Below are positions 30,632 through 41,334 of a stretch of DNA of 64,000 bases, piece by piece. A program made the position numbers and the translations under genes. Under the pieces are notes generated by a model, which did not search any database, had not been told where the DNA came from, and saw only the letters and a program-made list of their open reading frames with translations. The first letter of the stretch is position 1. The number at the start of each line of letters is the position of its first letter. The DNA comes from an uncultured delta proteobacterium (GTDB lineage: Bacteria > Desulfobacterota > Binatia > UBA9968): NCBI GenBank assembly GCA_963745835.1, contig CAVUZH010000024.1, forward strand, positions 160,001 through 224,000, written 5' to 3'.

Positions 30632-30970
30632 ATGCAGAGCAATATTGAGCCCCCTTACGCAGCCCGCTTGCGGAGCCGGCGTATGGAGGTCGAGAAAACT
30701 CTGGGACATCTTTCGACTGAGAGGCATCAGGTCGAAAGTAATACCGAGTGGCTGAATTACACCGCCTACAAAAGGCGAATAACTCTCCTTGATCGTGTCA
30801 CCGCGTGGTACCGTAGCGAGATGGCACAGATTGATAAAGCCCTTACCCGGGTCAAAGATAAGCGCTACGGTGTTTGCGTTGCTTGCCATAAGCCCATCGG
30901 GATGGAACACCTAGAGCTTGCGCCTGAATCAGAGCATTGCCCTTCGTGTCAATCGCTACAAGAACACTGA
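30632..30970 (+). CDS. TraR/DksA C4 zinc-finger protein
   Basis: IDKALTRV...YGVCVAC..PI..EHLE..P...CPSC. Confidence 0.82.
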   Translation: MQSNIEPPYAARLRSRRMEVEKTLGHLSTERHQVESNTEWLNYTAYKRRITLLDRVTAWYRSEMAQIDKALTRVKDKRYGVCVACHKPIGMEHLELAPESEHCPSCQSLQEH

Positions 30971-30977
30971 AGCAGGG

Positions 30978-32573
30978 TCAGCCCGTATTGCCAACAGTAC
31001 TCGACAATCGGCCTCGCAAAAACCGCTCGCTCCAACGCCTGAGATCTTTAATGGAATTGTCCGCATACAGCTCGAGGCAGACCTCGGCAGAGCATTCTCC
31101 AAACGGTTCCTCTCTCGATTTTTGCTCCAAATAAATTTCCCAGCGTCCGTCCGATACTTCATTTTCATTCCTCGCCCGCTGACGTAAACGGGTTTGAGTA
31201 AGGTTGTCGGAAGCGACACAATGCAAGAAGTACACGGGCACACGATGCCGCGCCGCAACGGCAACGAGTTTCTCCCGGTAACGTCTTTGCGCGAAAGTGG
31301 CATCTAACAGCACGCTCCGGCTCTGCGAAAGGTTTCGATCGGTTTGATCAAACATTTTGTCGTAGGTGTTTTCGGTGATTTCAGGGCTATAAATTCCCTG
31401 GTTAATTGGCACTCCCCTGCCGCTCTTACCCGTAAGCTCTTTGCGCACCACGTCTGAGTTGATCACAGATATCCCGATTCGCTCACCCAGCTCACGGGCC
31501 AAGGTCGACTTGCCGCTGCCAGTCAGACCACAAACCACCACCACAAACGGTCCGTATGGGCTCCAGGTCTGTCGTCCGGCGATGGTGAAATATTTTACCG
31601 AGGCGGCGCTCGCGCCGGCGCGTAACACTTCGACCTTGCCGCGAATCAATGCGCGGTAACATTTATAGAATGGCAGCAAGACGCTAAGACTGAAATCATT
31701 TATGAGATCGCGATATCGCATCAGGAACGCTTCGCCCAAAGGGGCACCGCCGCGAGCCTCCAAGTCCATCAGCAAAAAGCCAATCTCCGAGGCGGGATCG
31801 CACAAACGCAGTTGCGGATCGAATTCTACGCAGTCGAAGATCTGAATTCCTTCCGGCGCAAAACAGACATGCTCGCAATGCAAATCGCCGTGCCCGTCGC
31901 GCACCCAGCCGTCGGATGCGCGCCGCGAGATCAGTTCCCGGTTTTGATCGAGGAAGTTGTCGCCGAACGCTTTGATGGCCGCAAAATCGTCGGCGTCGAT
32001 AGCGTTGCCGATAAGCTGTTCGACGTCTTTCAGATTATCGCGCCATTGCTTTGTCACAGTATCGAAGTGGGCAGCGGCGCCAGCGGGACTCAACTGTTTG
32101 GCATGGGCATGGAAGGTAAATAGAACCTGGGCGAGAGAGCGCATCATGTCCGCTGTGACCTGCGCCGATTCCAACAGCAGGGGTAACATGCCTGCATCCG
32201 GCAAACGCCGCATCACCAGGGCGAACTCTAGCGGATGCTTGCTAGCGCCAAGCCGCCATCCTGCCACGTCGCGCCCGATCGGCAGCACTCCAAGATACAC
32301 CGATGGGGCCAACCGTCGATTAAGAGTCAGCTCTTCGTTGATGTAGTAGCGCCGCTTGCCGAGTGTGGTGAAGTCCAAAAAGGAAAATCGGACGGCCTTT
32401 TTGATCTTGTAAACCAGCTCACCGGCGAAAAAGAGATGCGAGATGTGGGTTTCTTTGTGGGTTATTCCCGCCGGGCAGTTGGGATAGAAGCTCGGCTTTA
32501 ACATCGCTGAAATTAACTCGTTTTGTCGATTCGGCTCCTCGTCCTCAGCATCCGTCTGCTGTAGTTTATCCAT
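30978..32573 (-). CDS. Bifunctional phosphotransferase-like / AAA kinase (COG2187+COG0645, Rv2004c-like)
   Basis: ETHIS, NRRLAPSVYLGV, DGHGDLH, FDCVEF; P-loop GLTGSGKS; LDATF. Confidence 0.88.
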   Translation of the reverse strand: MDKLQQTDAEDEEPNRQNELISAMLKPSFYPNCPAGITHKETHISHLFFAGELVYKIKKAVRFSFLDFTTLGKRRYYINEELTLNRRLAPSVYLGVLPIGRDVAGWRLGASKHPLEFALVMRRLPDAGMLPLLLESAQVTADMMRSLAQVLFTFHAHAKQLSPAGAAAHFDTVTKQWRDNLKDVEQLIGNAIDADDFAAIKAFGDNFLDQNRELISRRASDGWVRDGHGDLHCEHVCFAPEGIQIFDCVEFDPQLRLCDPASEIGFLLMDLEARGGAPLGEAFLMRYRDLINDFSLSVLLPFYKCYRALIRGKVEVLRAGASAASVKYFTIAGRQTWSPYGPFVVVVCGLTGSGKSTLARELGERIGISVINSDVVRKELTGKSGRGVPINQGIYSPEITENTYDKMFDQTDRNLSQSRSVLLDATFAQRRYREKLVAVAARHRVPVYFLHCVASDNLTQTRLRQRARNENEVSDGRWEIYLEQKSREEPFGECSAEVCLELYADNSIKDLRRWSERFLRGRLSSTVGNTG

Positions 32574-32995
32574 ATCGCTGCCTCAAGTGTGAACTTCGCA
32601 ATAGAAATACCACCGCAATACGAACACTTCTATGTCAGTTTATTGCTTGAACATACCTGCGGGATGGTTAAACCTGCAGATGCGGGTTGCAGGCAAGAGC
32701 TAAGCAAGACCCAATGAATTTCGACTTCTTCAATTTTTCAATCGAACGAAGCGAAGCTGATATCGCGGAGCTTTGCCGCGTGCTTGCGGGCTTGGACCCT
32801 ATGCTCTGTCAACCAATGCCGACGATGTGTTGCTGGCAAACTGCCGCGCCTCTCTGAGATTGAAGGTGAGAACTATAGCCGTAGCTCTTGGACCTAAGAA
32901 AACTTTGCCGCAGACATCTTGGATTTGCGTGCCAAAACGATAAACTTCGTGTACCATTTTCAGTCGGTGTAAATTGCAGCGCGGCAGGTTTAATC

Positions 32996-34324
32996 ATGCA
33001 AAAACAATCAGTCCCTTCGAAAACTTCCAACGCCAACGTCGGCGTGCTGGTAGGTGGCGGACCGGCTCCGGGAATCAATGGCGTTATCGGAGCGGTTACT
33101 TTGGAAGCGCTCAATCGCGCTCGCAAAGTGATCGGCCTCTACGATGGGTTTCAGTGGTTGATGCGCGGCGACACAACGCGTACCAAGGAACTGCTGAAAG
33201 ATGAAGTCTCGCGCATTCACTTCCAGGGCGGCTCGATCCTCAATACCTCGCGCGCAAACCCCACCAAGAAGGCGGAGGATGTTGAACGAGTGGTCGCCAC
33301 CTTGGACCGTTTAGGGATCGGTTACTTAGTGACCATCGGCGGCGACGATACCATGTATGCCGCAAGCCAGGTTGCCAAATATGCCGCCGGACGCATCCGG
33401 GTCTGCCATGTTCCCAAGACCATCGACAATGATTTGCCGCTTCCTGGCGAGATACCGACATTTGGCTTCGAAACCGCCCGTCAAGTTGGCAGCGCTCTCG
33501 TGCAAAACTTGATGGAAGACTCCCGCACTACCGGCCGCTGGTATTTCGCCGTGGTTATGGGACGTACAGCCGGGCATCTGGCTCTCGGAATCGGCAAGTC
33601 CACCGGCGCCACCCTGACGATTATTCCAGAGGAATTTCCCGCCACGGTGCATCTCGAAAGCGTCTGCGACATACTCGAAGGCGCGATTTTGAAACGCACC
33701 ACCTTGTGGAATCGTTCCGATGGTGTTGCTGTTATTGCCGAAGGTTTGCTCGAGAGAGTCCCGCCTGAGGAGCTGCAAAGCATCGAAGGGGTGCGCATCG
33801 CCCACGACAGTTATGGGCACTTGCGCCTGGCCGAGCTTGACCTCGCGTATATATTGAAAACCCTTGTCGAACATCGCTTCGCCAACCGCGGCTCTTCAAT
33901 GAGCATCGTGCACAAAAATATCGGTTACGAGCTTCGTTCGGCGGCGCCGATCGCGTTCGACTGTGACTATGTGCGCACTCTTGGCTATGGCGCGGTAGAG
34001 TTCCTACTAAATCCTGACGCCAAGATTGCGAGTCTCACCGGCGCGCTCGTGTGTTTAGTGGATGGAGAATTGAAGTATCTCGACTTTACCAGCTTGCAAG
34101 ATTCCAAAACCGGCAAAACTCGCGTTCGCTCGGTGGGAATAACCAAGCCCACCTACAAGGTTGCGCGCGAGTACATGATCCGGCTCGAGCACGAGGACTT
34201 CGCCGACAGTGAAAAGCTACGGCTGCTGGCGCAGGCAGCCTCGTCAAAGGACAAACTTTGCTCGCCTGAGGAGTTCAAAAGCCGTTATCAATATCTAGCA
34301 ACGGATCTTCTCGGCAGCGTCTAG
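32996..34324 (+). CDS. pfp: Pyrophosphate-dependent phosphofructokinase
   Basis: GGGPAPG, GGDD and PKTIDND (Asp/Lys signature of PPi use), MGR, GYELR. Confidence 0.85.
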   Translation: MQKQSVPSKTSNANVGVLVGGGPAPGINGVIGAVTLEALNRARKVIGLYDGFQWLMRGDTTRTKELLKDEVSRIHFQGGSILNTSRANPTKKAEDVERVVATLDRLGIGYLVTIGGDDTMYAASQVAKYAAGRIRVCHVPKTIDNDLPLPGEIPTFGFETARQVGSALVQNLMEDSRTTGRWYFAVVMGRTAGHLALGIGKSTGATLTIIPEEFPATVHLESVCDILEGAILKRTTLWNRSDGVAVIAEGLLERVPPEELQSIEGVRIAHDSYGHLRLAELDLAYILKTLVEHRFANRGSSMSIVHKNIGYELRSAAPIAFDCDYVRTLGYGAVEFLLNPDAKIASLTGALVCLVDGELKYLDFTSLQDSKTGKTRVRSVGITKPTYKVAREYMIRLEHEDFADSEKLRLLAQAASSKDKLCSPEEFKSRYQYLATDLLGSV

Positions 34325-34357
34325 CCGATCATAGCTTTAAGACTAAAAGGGGGATCG

Positions 34358-35371
34358 ATGGCAACTAGGGTCGCGATCAACGGGTTCGGCCGGATCGGCA
34401 GATTGGTCTTACGGTCAATCCTGCAACGTTACAAAAAGGATTTAGCGGTTGTTGCGGTCAATGACATGGCCGATCTCCATACCAACGCTCACCTGTTTCG
34501 CTACGACTCGACCTATGGCATATACCCCGGAACCGTTGAAGCCGGCGAAGGGATGATTCGAATCGACGGTGACAATATCGCAGTTCATAACCAAAACGAT
34601 CCGGCGCGGCTTCCCTGGAAGCAATTAGGGGTGGACATCGTTATCGAATCAACGGGTGTGTTTACCGACGGAGCACAGGTTAAAGCGCATCTGGATGCCG
34701 GCGCCAAGAAAGCGATCATCACGGCACCGGCGACGCACGAAGACATCACCGTGGTTCTTGGAGTAAACGACTCACAATATAATCCACGTCAGCATCACAT
34801 CGTGTCCAACGCTTCGTGCACTACCAATTGCCTGGCGCCGGTGGCTAAGGTCCTGCACGATACCTTCGGCGTTGAACGAGGTTTGATGACCACGGTCCAT
34901 GCCTATACCAACGACCAGCGCATTCTCGACCTAATGCATAAGGATTTGCGTCGGGCGCGCGCCGCTGCAACTAACATCGTGCCGACCAGCACCGGCGCGG
35001 CAAAAGCCATTGGCTTGGTCATGCCGGAATTAAAAGGCAAGCTGCACGGCCTCTCACTGCGCGTGCCGACGCCTACTGTATCGGTGGTCGATTTGGTCGT
35101 GAACTTAAAAAAACCGGCGTCTGCGGATAACATTAATAAAGCCTTAAAAAATGCCGCCTCTGCAAAGATGGCCGGCTATCTCGCGTATTCCGACGAACCC
35201 TTGGTTTCCAGCGACTTTCGTGGCAATCCTGCTTCCTCGATTGTGGACGGTCTATCGACGGTCGTGCTCGAAGAAAAAATGGCTAAAGTGCTTTCCTGGT
35301 ACGACAACGAATGGGGCTATAGTTGCCGGGTGGCTGACTTAGCGATATTAATGGCACAAAAAGGTTTATAG
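34358..35371 (+). CDS. gap: Type I glyceraldehyde-3-phosphate dehydrogenase
   Basis: [25 protein letters not shown]. Confidence 0.96.
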   Translation: MATRVAINGFGRIGRLVLRSILQRYKKDLAVVAVNDMADLHTNAHLFRYDSTYGIYPGTVEAGEGMIRIDGDNIAVHNQNDPARLPWKQLGVDIVIESTGVFTDGAQVKAHLDAGAKKAIITAPATHEDITVVLGVNDSQYNPRQHHIVSNASCTTNCLAPVAKVLHDTFGVERGLMTTVHAYTNDQRILDLMHKDLRRARAAATNIVPTSTGAAKAIGLVMPELKGKLHGLSLRVPTPTVSVVDLVVNLKKPASADNINKALKNAASAKMAGYLAYSDEPLVSSDFRGNPASSIVDGLSTVVLEEKMAKVLSWYDNEWGYSCRVADLAILMAQKGL

Positions 35372-35380
35372 GAGGCGACC

Positions 35381-35770
35381 ATGTTTGCAAAAGACATCAT
35401 GACCAGAGACGTGATCACTGTCAGCCCAACCGCTACCATTAAGAATTTGGCTATGACGCTCATCAAGAATCAAATCAGCGGCGCGCCGGTGGCGGGCAGG
35501 AACGGCAAAATTATCGGCGTAGTCTCCGAAGCCGACATCGTCGCAAAAAAAGGCAAAGATGTAAAAACGATTATGAGCAAGAACATCATCAGCGTCACCG
35601 AAGAAACTGCCGTCGAAGACATTGCCAAATTAATGACCACGCACCGGATTAAACGCCTGCCCGTGATGCGCGGCTCAGAGGTCGTCGGCATCGTCAGCCG
35701 CGCTGACATCGTCAACGCCATCGCGCTGGGTAAGCACGTGGCCATCCATACACCGGTTTACGATCTTTGA
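35381..35770 (+). CDS. CBS-domain protein
   Basis: KDIMT, ISGAPV, IKRLPV, GIVSRADI. Confidence 0.9.
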   Translation: MFAKDIMTRDVITVSPTATIKNLAMTLIKNQISGAPVAGRNGKIIGVVSEADIVAKKGKDVKTIMSKNIISVTEETAVEDIAKLMTTHRIKRLPVMRGSEVVGIVSRADIVNAIALGKHVAIHTPVYDL

Positions 35771-36044
35771 TCGACATGTCTGCATTACTGCTTGGTGTTC
35801 CTTCAGCCTAAAAATAGTTCCAGCACCGAGTTCGATCGTTCCGGGGCTCTGGAACAAACAAACTGTCGTTCTCCCTCCTAAATTCGCGTTCTTAAGAACT
35901 TTTCGACTGATTACTCGCGGACCGGAAAGTTTCCACGACAGCGCGCGCCGTTTTTCGGCGCTATCCGTGGCATCTCTTTTACGCAATAGACTCTCATAGG
36001 CTGCTATTAAAAATTATCCGGAGCATACCAGAGGAGGATGAGTG

Positions 36045-36140
36045 ATGGCGCAAAAAATTTCTACGTTCGACGATTGGACAGATTACTTCAGCAAGTGACA
36101 GAAGGATATTGGCTTCTTGAGCCGCAGCGCTCCTGATTAA
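36045..36140 (+). pseudogene. Short gene-start remnant with an internal TGA
   Basis: GAGGAGG RBS then MAQKISTFDDWTDYFSK*QKDIGF; recalls the N-terminus of PaaA/BoxB-like proteins (recollection only). Confidence 0.3.
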
Positions 36141-36220
36141 ACTTTACGATTGCCACGTTCAAGCCCTTGCCTGGGAAGGCGGCGAGTATCCTTACCTAGC
36201 TAGGGCATGTTGGATTAGCG

Positions 36221-37231
36221 TCACCGCGGGCTCGCTTGAAACAGCCCTTTTTGCTCCAGCCTGCGTACGGTTCGATCGTCAATAAGATCTTCAGCGCGCA
36301 GACCGCGAATTTTTTCATTGGTCGCGCCTAAGAGTCTGATGGTGTTTCGAATACCGTCCGCGGTCGGGTAGATCTTCCGCTCATAGAGCGTCTTGATGAT
36401 TTCATAACCATCGGCGGTGTCCTCGGGCTTAGGCAGCCGGAGGCCCTTGGCCAGGCTGCGCATGACTGCTGCCTTGTTGGCGGGGTCCTGTATGAAAGCG
36501 ATGGCCTCGACGATGGCGGTTAGAATTCTTTCTACGACTTCGGGCTGTTGATTGATATAGCTGCGCCTGGCAAACACGGTCGTACCCTGGTACGGAATGC
36601 CCAACTCCGGTAGATCAGCGAGAACGCGGTAACCCTGACGTTTAAGCATGGCTGCCGATGAATACGCCGACAGCTGGGTTGCTTGGATGACTCCGGTGGT
36701 CATCGCCTGAGCGCGTACCGCATCGTTACCGATAACCCGGATGGTGATGTTGTCGCGCTTAACGTCGAGCCCCCAGTGCTCGAGCGCGAGCATCGTAAAT
36801 ACCCAATTACCACCGCCGATGCTCGTCACTCCGATGGTCTTGCCCTTCAGCTCGGCGGGGGTTTTGATGTCAGGTGAGGAAACGATCGTTCCGGTTAACC
36901 GGTTTACCAGGCCTGCAATGAAAACCAGATCCAAGCCGCCGGCCGCCGCGCCGAGAATCGCGCCGGAGACCGAAGCGGTATTGATCTGCGAATCGCCGTG
37001 GGCGATCGACGCCAAAGCCACAGGCGCGCTGGATACATAAACCAAATCCACATCCAACCCCTGCTTGCGAAAGAAGCCCTGATCGCGCGCGACAAAGAGG
37101 GCGCCCTCACGCTCGCTCAAGACGGCATAACTGATCACGACCTTGGTCGGCGGCGCGGCGCTGAAAGCCGTGTTGATCGACAAACTGTAGAACAACCCTA
37201 ACGAGATAAAGCATACGAACAGTTTTTTCAT
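36221..37231 (-). CDS. ABC transporter substrate-binding protein, NMT1/SsuA-like
   Basis: Signal peptide; FVARDQGFFRKQGLDV; ELKGKTIGVT. Confidence 0.88.
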   Translation of the reverse strand: MKKLFVCFISLGLFYSLSINTAFSAAPPTKVVISYAVLSEREGALFVARDQGFFRKQGLDVDLVYVSSAPVALASIAHGDSQINTASVSGAILGAAAGGLDLVFIAGLVNRLTGTIVSSPDIKTPAELKGKTIGVTSIGGGNWVFTMLALEHWGLDVKRDNITIRVIGNDAVRAQAMTTGVIQATQLSAYSSAAMLKRQGYRVLADLPELGIPYQGTTVFARRSYINQQPEVVERILTAIVEAIAFIQDPANKAAVMRSLAKGLRLPKPEDTADGYEIIKTLYERKIYPTADGIRNTIRLLGATNEKIRGLRAEDLIDDRTVRRLEQKGLFQASPR

Positions 37232-37312
37232 AAAGATTCAGCTTTCAAGGCGAATTTGAAGGCGACGCGGGCAGCGACCCACATCACCGGGACAGCATCA
37301 GGAACAATGAGG

Positions 37313-37543
37313 TCAGTGGCGCATATTGCCCTCGCACTTGCACATATCCGCGTCCAAGCCGTGCTCAGCAAAGAAACCTTGGTCCTTGGCGACAAACAAG
37401 AGTCCGCTGCGTTCACTGAAGTCGGCGAAGATGATACTGACATTCTTGGCGGCGCTAGCGGCCATTGCCGTTGAGCCGACGGCTAGCACCAGCAACAGCA
37501 ACAAAGTGGCTCCTAGCCTTGAATTATGAAACCGAAAGGGCAT
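37313..37543 (-). pseudogene. N-terminal fragment of an NMT1-like binding protein
   Basis: Signal peptide plus LFVAKDQGFFAEHGLD, then similarity to the downstream paralogue is lost. Confidence 0.7.
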
Positions 37544-37961
37544 TACGCACTTCCTCCTTGAAAGTACAAAGCAGCTCCTTGATCAAAACCATTTCAATAA
37601 CTCGATCGAGCATAAAAATGCAATGTTTTCGCTTCAGCCGCTTTCGTTGAACATGCGCTAGATAATCTGCCTGACTTATCTCCACTGACGTAAAGTCATT
37701 TCCCGCCTCGCGTCAATCAAGCTGCGTGATCAGAGGATCTACTCAGATCGTGCCATGATATGTCAAACATGTACAATTCTTCTCTGTTGTGCACAAAAAT
37801 CTCACATCCATCGACTAGATTTTGGTCAGCGGCAAAGCCGCTGGAGCGGCTGTTCATAGGTAAAAGTGCGGCTGACGCAGATTCGATCCAGCGGAATAGA
37901 CTTTGCTTTGATCTCCGCATTCAACCCGCAACAACTTCGCCCAAAATCTGCAGGAGGACAA

Positions 37962-38972
37962 ATGACCAATGTAGCGATCAATGGATTCGGTCGGATCGGC
38001 CGTCTCGGACTGCGCGCGATGCTCGAGCGTCACAAAGAAGAGCTCAATGTCGTCGCCGTAAACGACATGGCCGACTTGCATACCAACGCTCACCTGTTTC
38101 GTTATGACTCGACCTATGGAATCTTTCCGGGAACAGTGCAGATTGGCGAAGGTCAGCTCAAGATCGATGGATGGGATATCGCCGTGCTAAGCGAGAAAGA
38201 TCCATCGCGGCTGCCTTGGCGCAAGCTGGGGGTGGACATTGTCATCGAATCCACGGGCCTCTTTACCAGTGGCAGTCAAGCACGAGCTCATTTGGAAGCG
38301 GGGGCAAAGAAAGTGATTATCACCGCACCCGCAACAGATGAAGACATCACCGTGGTCTTGGGAGTCAACGAGTCGGCCTACGACCCTGACAAACACCAAA
38401 TCGTCTCGAATGCGTCCTGCACAACAAACTGTCTCGCTCCGCTGGCCAAAGTCTTACACGAGAACTTCGGCGTTGAGCGCGGTCTCATGACAACCACACA
38501 CTCCTACACCAACGATCAGCGCATTCTCGATCTGATGCACAGCGATATGCGTCGCGCCCGGGCCGGCGCCGCCAACATCGTCCCGACGACCACCGGCGCG
38601 GCCAAGGCCATCGGACTGGTCTTGCCCGAGCTCAAAGGCAAGCTTCACGGTCTCTCGCTCAGAGTGCCGACATCGAGTGTTTCCATTGTCGACCTGGTGG
38701 TCGACCTGAAAAGGCCAGCCTCGGCAGCAGCGATTAACGATTCGCTCAAGAGCTCTGCCGGTGGTGATCTCGACGGCATCCTGGCTTATTGCGACGAGCC
38801 GCTGGTCTCCAGCGACTTCCGCGGTAATCCGGCCTCCTCCATAGTAGATGGCTTATGTACTGTCATCCTGGAAGAGAAAATGGCAAAAATTTTGGCGTGG
38901 TACGATAACGAATGGGGCTATAGCTGCCGCGTTGGGGATCTCGCCGCCTTCATGATCGAGCGCGAACTATAA
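37962..38972 (+). CDS. gap: Type I glyceraldehyde-3-phosphate dehydrogenase, second copy
   Basis: AGGAGG RBS; same motifs as 34358-35371 and closely similar sequence. Confidence 0.95.
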   Translation: MTNVAINGFGRIGRLGLRAMLERHKEELNVVAVNDMADLHTNAHLFRYDSTYGIFPGTVQIGEGQLKIDGWDIAVLSEKDPSRLPWRKLGVDIVIESTGLFTSGSQARAHLEAGAKKVIITAPATDEDITVVLGVNESAYDPDKHQIVSNASCTTNCLAPLAKVLHENFGVERGLMTTTHSYTNDQRILDLMHSDMRRARAGAANIVPTTTGAAKAIGLVLPELKGKLHGLSLRVPTSSVSIVDLVVDLKRPASAAAINDSLKSSAGGDLDGILAYCDEPLVSSDFRGNPASSIVDGLCTVILEEKMAKILAWYDNEWGYSCRVGDLAAFMIEREL

Positions 38973-39024
38973 AATCCGTGCTTTTGTTTGGCCAATTCTG
39001 ATAAACCCCGCCATTGTGAAAGTC

Positions 39025-39742
39025 TTACTCTGAGGCTTGTGTCAGATATTCCACCGGCAACGGCACTTCCTGCACCGAGCCATACACGCTGCGCATAGCT
39101 GTAAGCCCGGGCGCCAGGCTTTGCTCCGATCACTTGATAGATCTCCGGCCCTTTGTAGTGAATCCCGACCCAGTCTTCGATTGCCACACCGGCAGAAATC
39201 TCGCCGCTGGCCAGAAGCCGGTGATAAGATGGCCGCCGCTGCGGTTCGCCGTCGTAATGCGGACAACAACTGCCGGGAACAAAACCGAGACAGCCAAGCG
39301 GACGCAGCCCATCTGAGAACGAGTCCGTCAGCCCTTGCTCAAACCAACAGATCGCTCCCGCGCTCACACCCGTGAGAATAATTCCCGACTGCCACGCCTC
39401 TCGGAGCAATTCCGGCACGCCCCAATCGCGCCACAAGGCAATCATGCTCTTGGTATTGCCGCCGCCGACATAGATCACATTTTGATTGAGCAGCAACGAG
39501 CGCAGATCCGGCGTCCTTTTGAACAACGACAACACCGAAGGACGGCACTGCAGTTTCAAGAATGCCGCATAGAAACTCGCAACATAATGGTCCGGCTCGC
39601 CGCTGGCAGTGGGCACGAAGAGCACCCGCGGTTGGGCAACGCCGGTTTGCGCTAAAATGTAACGCTCGAGCGCAAGATTCTCCGAGTCCCGATAAAATCC
39701 ACCGCCGCCGATGGGAATAATCTGTGGTGTTGGATTGGGCAT
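39025..39742 (-). CDS. Peptidase E (S51) family; probable frameshift near 39098
   Basis: FVPTAS, YVGGGNT, GVSAGA, CPHYD; a shifted frame gives MRSVYGSVQEVPLPVEYLTQASE* and removes the overlap with gap. Confidence 0.8.
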
Positions 39743-39792
39743 GTGTCGGCTTGCGCCGTCGATCTTAGCGAAGTGATAAAAAGTCTGGCACG

Positions 39793-40182
39793 CTATCTTC
39801 TCAACTCGCCTCGAGCCTGCTCGGCAATTTTTTCGTAGCCTGCTTTGATCCGGTCGAGTTCCTCTTCTTCAAGCTCTTCCAGATCCAACAATGCATTATG
39901 CGCACCGTGCGTCGCGCGGATGAGTTCGTCTAATTTCACCTGCATCGCCTCAGAATCACGATTTTGAGTACTTTGTATGAGGAAGACCATCAAAAAAGTG
40001 ATGATCGTGGTTCCGGTATTGATCACTAGCTGCCAGGTATCGCTGAATCCGAACAGTGGACCCGTAACCGCCCATGCCGCCACAACCGAAACAGCGATCA
40101 TGAATGTCAACGGTTTGCCGGTGATCCTTGCGGTTAATTTCGCAAAGCGCGAGAACCAAGACTTCGACCTTGTTGGCCTCAT
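39793..40182 (-). CDS. Low-affinity iron permease (Fet4-like) family protein
   Basis: FSDTWQLVINTGTTIITFLMVFLIQSTQNRD, KLDELI. Confidence 0.9.
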   Translation of the reverse strand: MRPTRSKSWFSRFAKLTARITGKPLTFMIAVSVVAAWAVTGPLFGFSDTWQLVINTGTTIITFLMVFLIQSTQNRDSEAMQVKLDELIRATHGAHNALLDLEELEEEELDRIKAGYEKIAEQARGELRR

Positions 40183-40359
40183 GGGTCACTCCCAAACTTG
40201 CAAAATCCTCACAATCCATATCACATGCTGCTGCGATTGGGCGACAATTTACCTGAGCGCGAATTGACAGTACCGACAGGCCCGTGAAATTGATTCAGCC
40301 TGGACATTTTCGGCTTGCGGGAGTAAGGGGAATAAATCATCGGAGTCGGAAGGAATCCT

Positions 40360-41298
40360 ATGACGACATTAATCACCGGGTTGGGCTTGGTTGGAACTTC
40401 CTATGCTCAACTCGCTCTCAAGCGCGGCGAAAGCATCGTTTTCTACGATATTGCGCCGAGGAAAGATTTCCTGGCGTATAAGCTGGGCACGGCTAACGTT
40501 ACGGTTGTTCAGCGCGATGTTCGCGACTTGCCGGCGTTGATCGAGACAATCCTGAAAAATAAAGTCGATACTGTCATCCACACAGCGGGACTGATCGGCG
40601 GCAAAGTCGCGCAGCCGATCTATACCGGCATGCAGATCAATGTGATGGGCACGATCAATGTCGCCGAAGCGGTACGTTTAACCGGGGTGAAGCGTCTGGT
40701 GCAGATCAGCACGTTCGGCATTTATGACCGGCGCGGCGGTGAGCCCGGTCCAATTGACGAAAGTTTCCACCGCGGCCCCGGGGAAGCGTATGGCAACTCC
40801 AAAGTCGCTAAGGAACTCATGGTAGAAGCGTATCAACGGCTGTATGGCTTTGAGCTGATCACGTTGCGGCTCGCCAATGTCTATGGGGTCGGCCACTTTG
40901 CCGGCGGCTCCGGCGGCGGTGAGATGGTGCAGAACATGCTCCAGACCGGAATCCGCGGCGGTGTGGTAAAGGTTGCGCAAGAGGTGGCGCGCGACTTCGA
41001 ATATGTTTACTACAAAGATCTGGGCCGAGCTCTCGATAAGGCAGCGACCACACCTCTGTCGAAGCCGGTGACACTTAATATCGGCACAGGCGTAGTCATC
41101 AAGTTCGACGATTTGGTCGCGACGGCCGAGAAACTCCTGCCCAATCTGCAGGTGGAAATAATGCCGGGGCAGAAACCTCGTTCCGCCAAGCAGCCAATGG
41201 TAATCACCAGAGCCAAACAATTCCTGGAGTGGGAGCCAGAGTATGATTTGGAACGCGGGTTCAAAGACTACATCGAGGAGCTCAAGGCGTTGAGCTGA
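40360..41298 (+). CDS. NAD-dependent epimerase/dehydratase
   Basis: TGLGLVG, HTAG, YGNSK. Confidence 0.88.
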   Translation: MTTLITGLGLVGTSYAQLALKRGESIVFYDIAPRKDFLAYKLGTANVTVVQRDVRDLPALIETILKNKVDTVIHTAGLIGGKVAQPIYTGMQINVMGTINVAEAVRLTGVKRLVQISTFGIYDRRGGEPGPIDESFHRGPGEAYGNSKVAKELMVEAYQRLYGFELITLRLANVYGVGHFAGGSGGGEMVQNMLQTGIRGGVVKVAQEVARDFEYVYYKDLGRALDKAATTPLSKPVTLNIGTGVVIKFDDLVATAEKLLPNLQVEIMPGQKPRSAKQPMVITRAKQFLEWEPEYDLERGFKDYIEELKALS

Positions 41299-41334
41299 TA
41301 AAAAGGCATCGCAGCTCCCGTAAAACCCGAGTCC

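Noticed and set aside
36096-36098. TGA recoding as Trp or selenocysteine
   Set aside because: The frame ends at TAA 14 codons later, and TGA acts as a normal stop elsewhere in the window.
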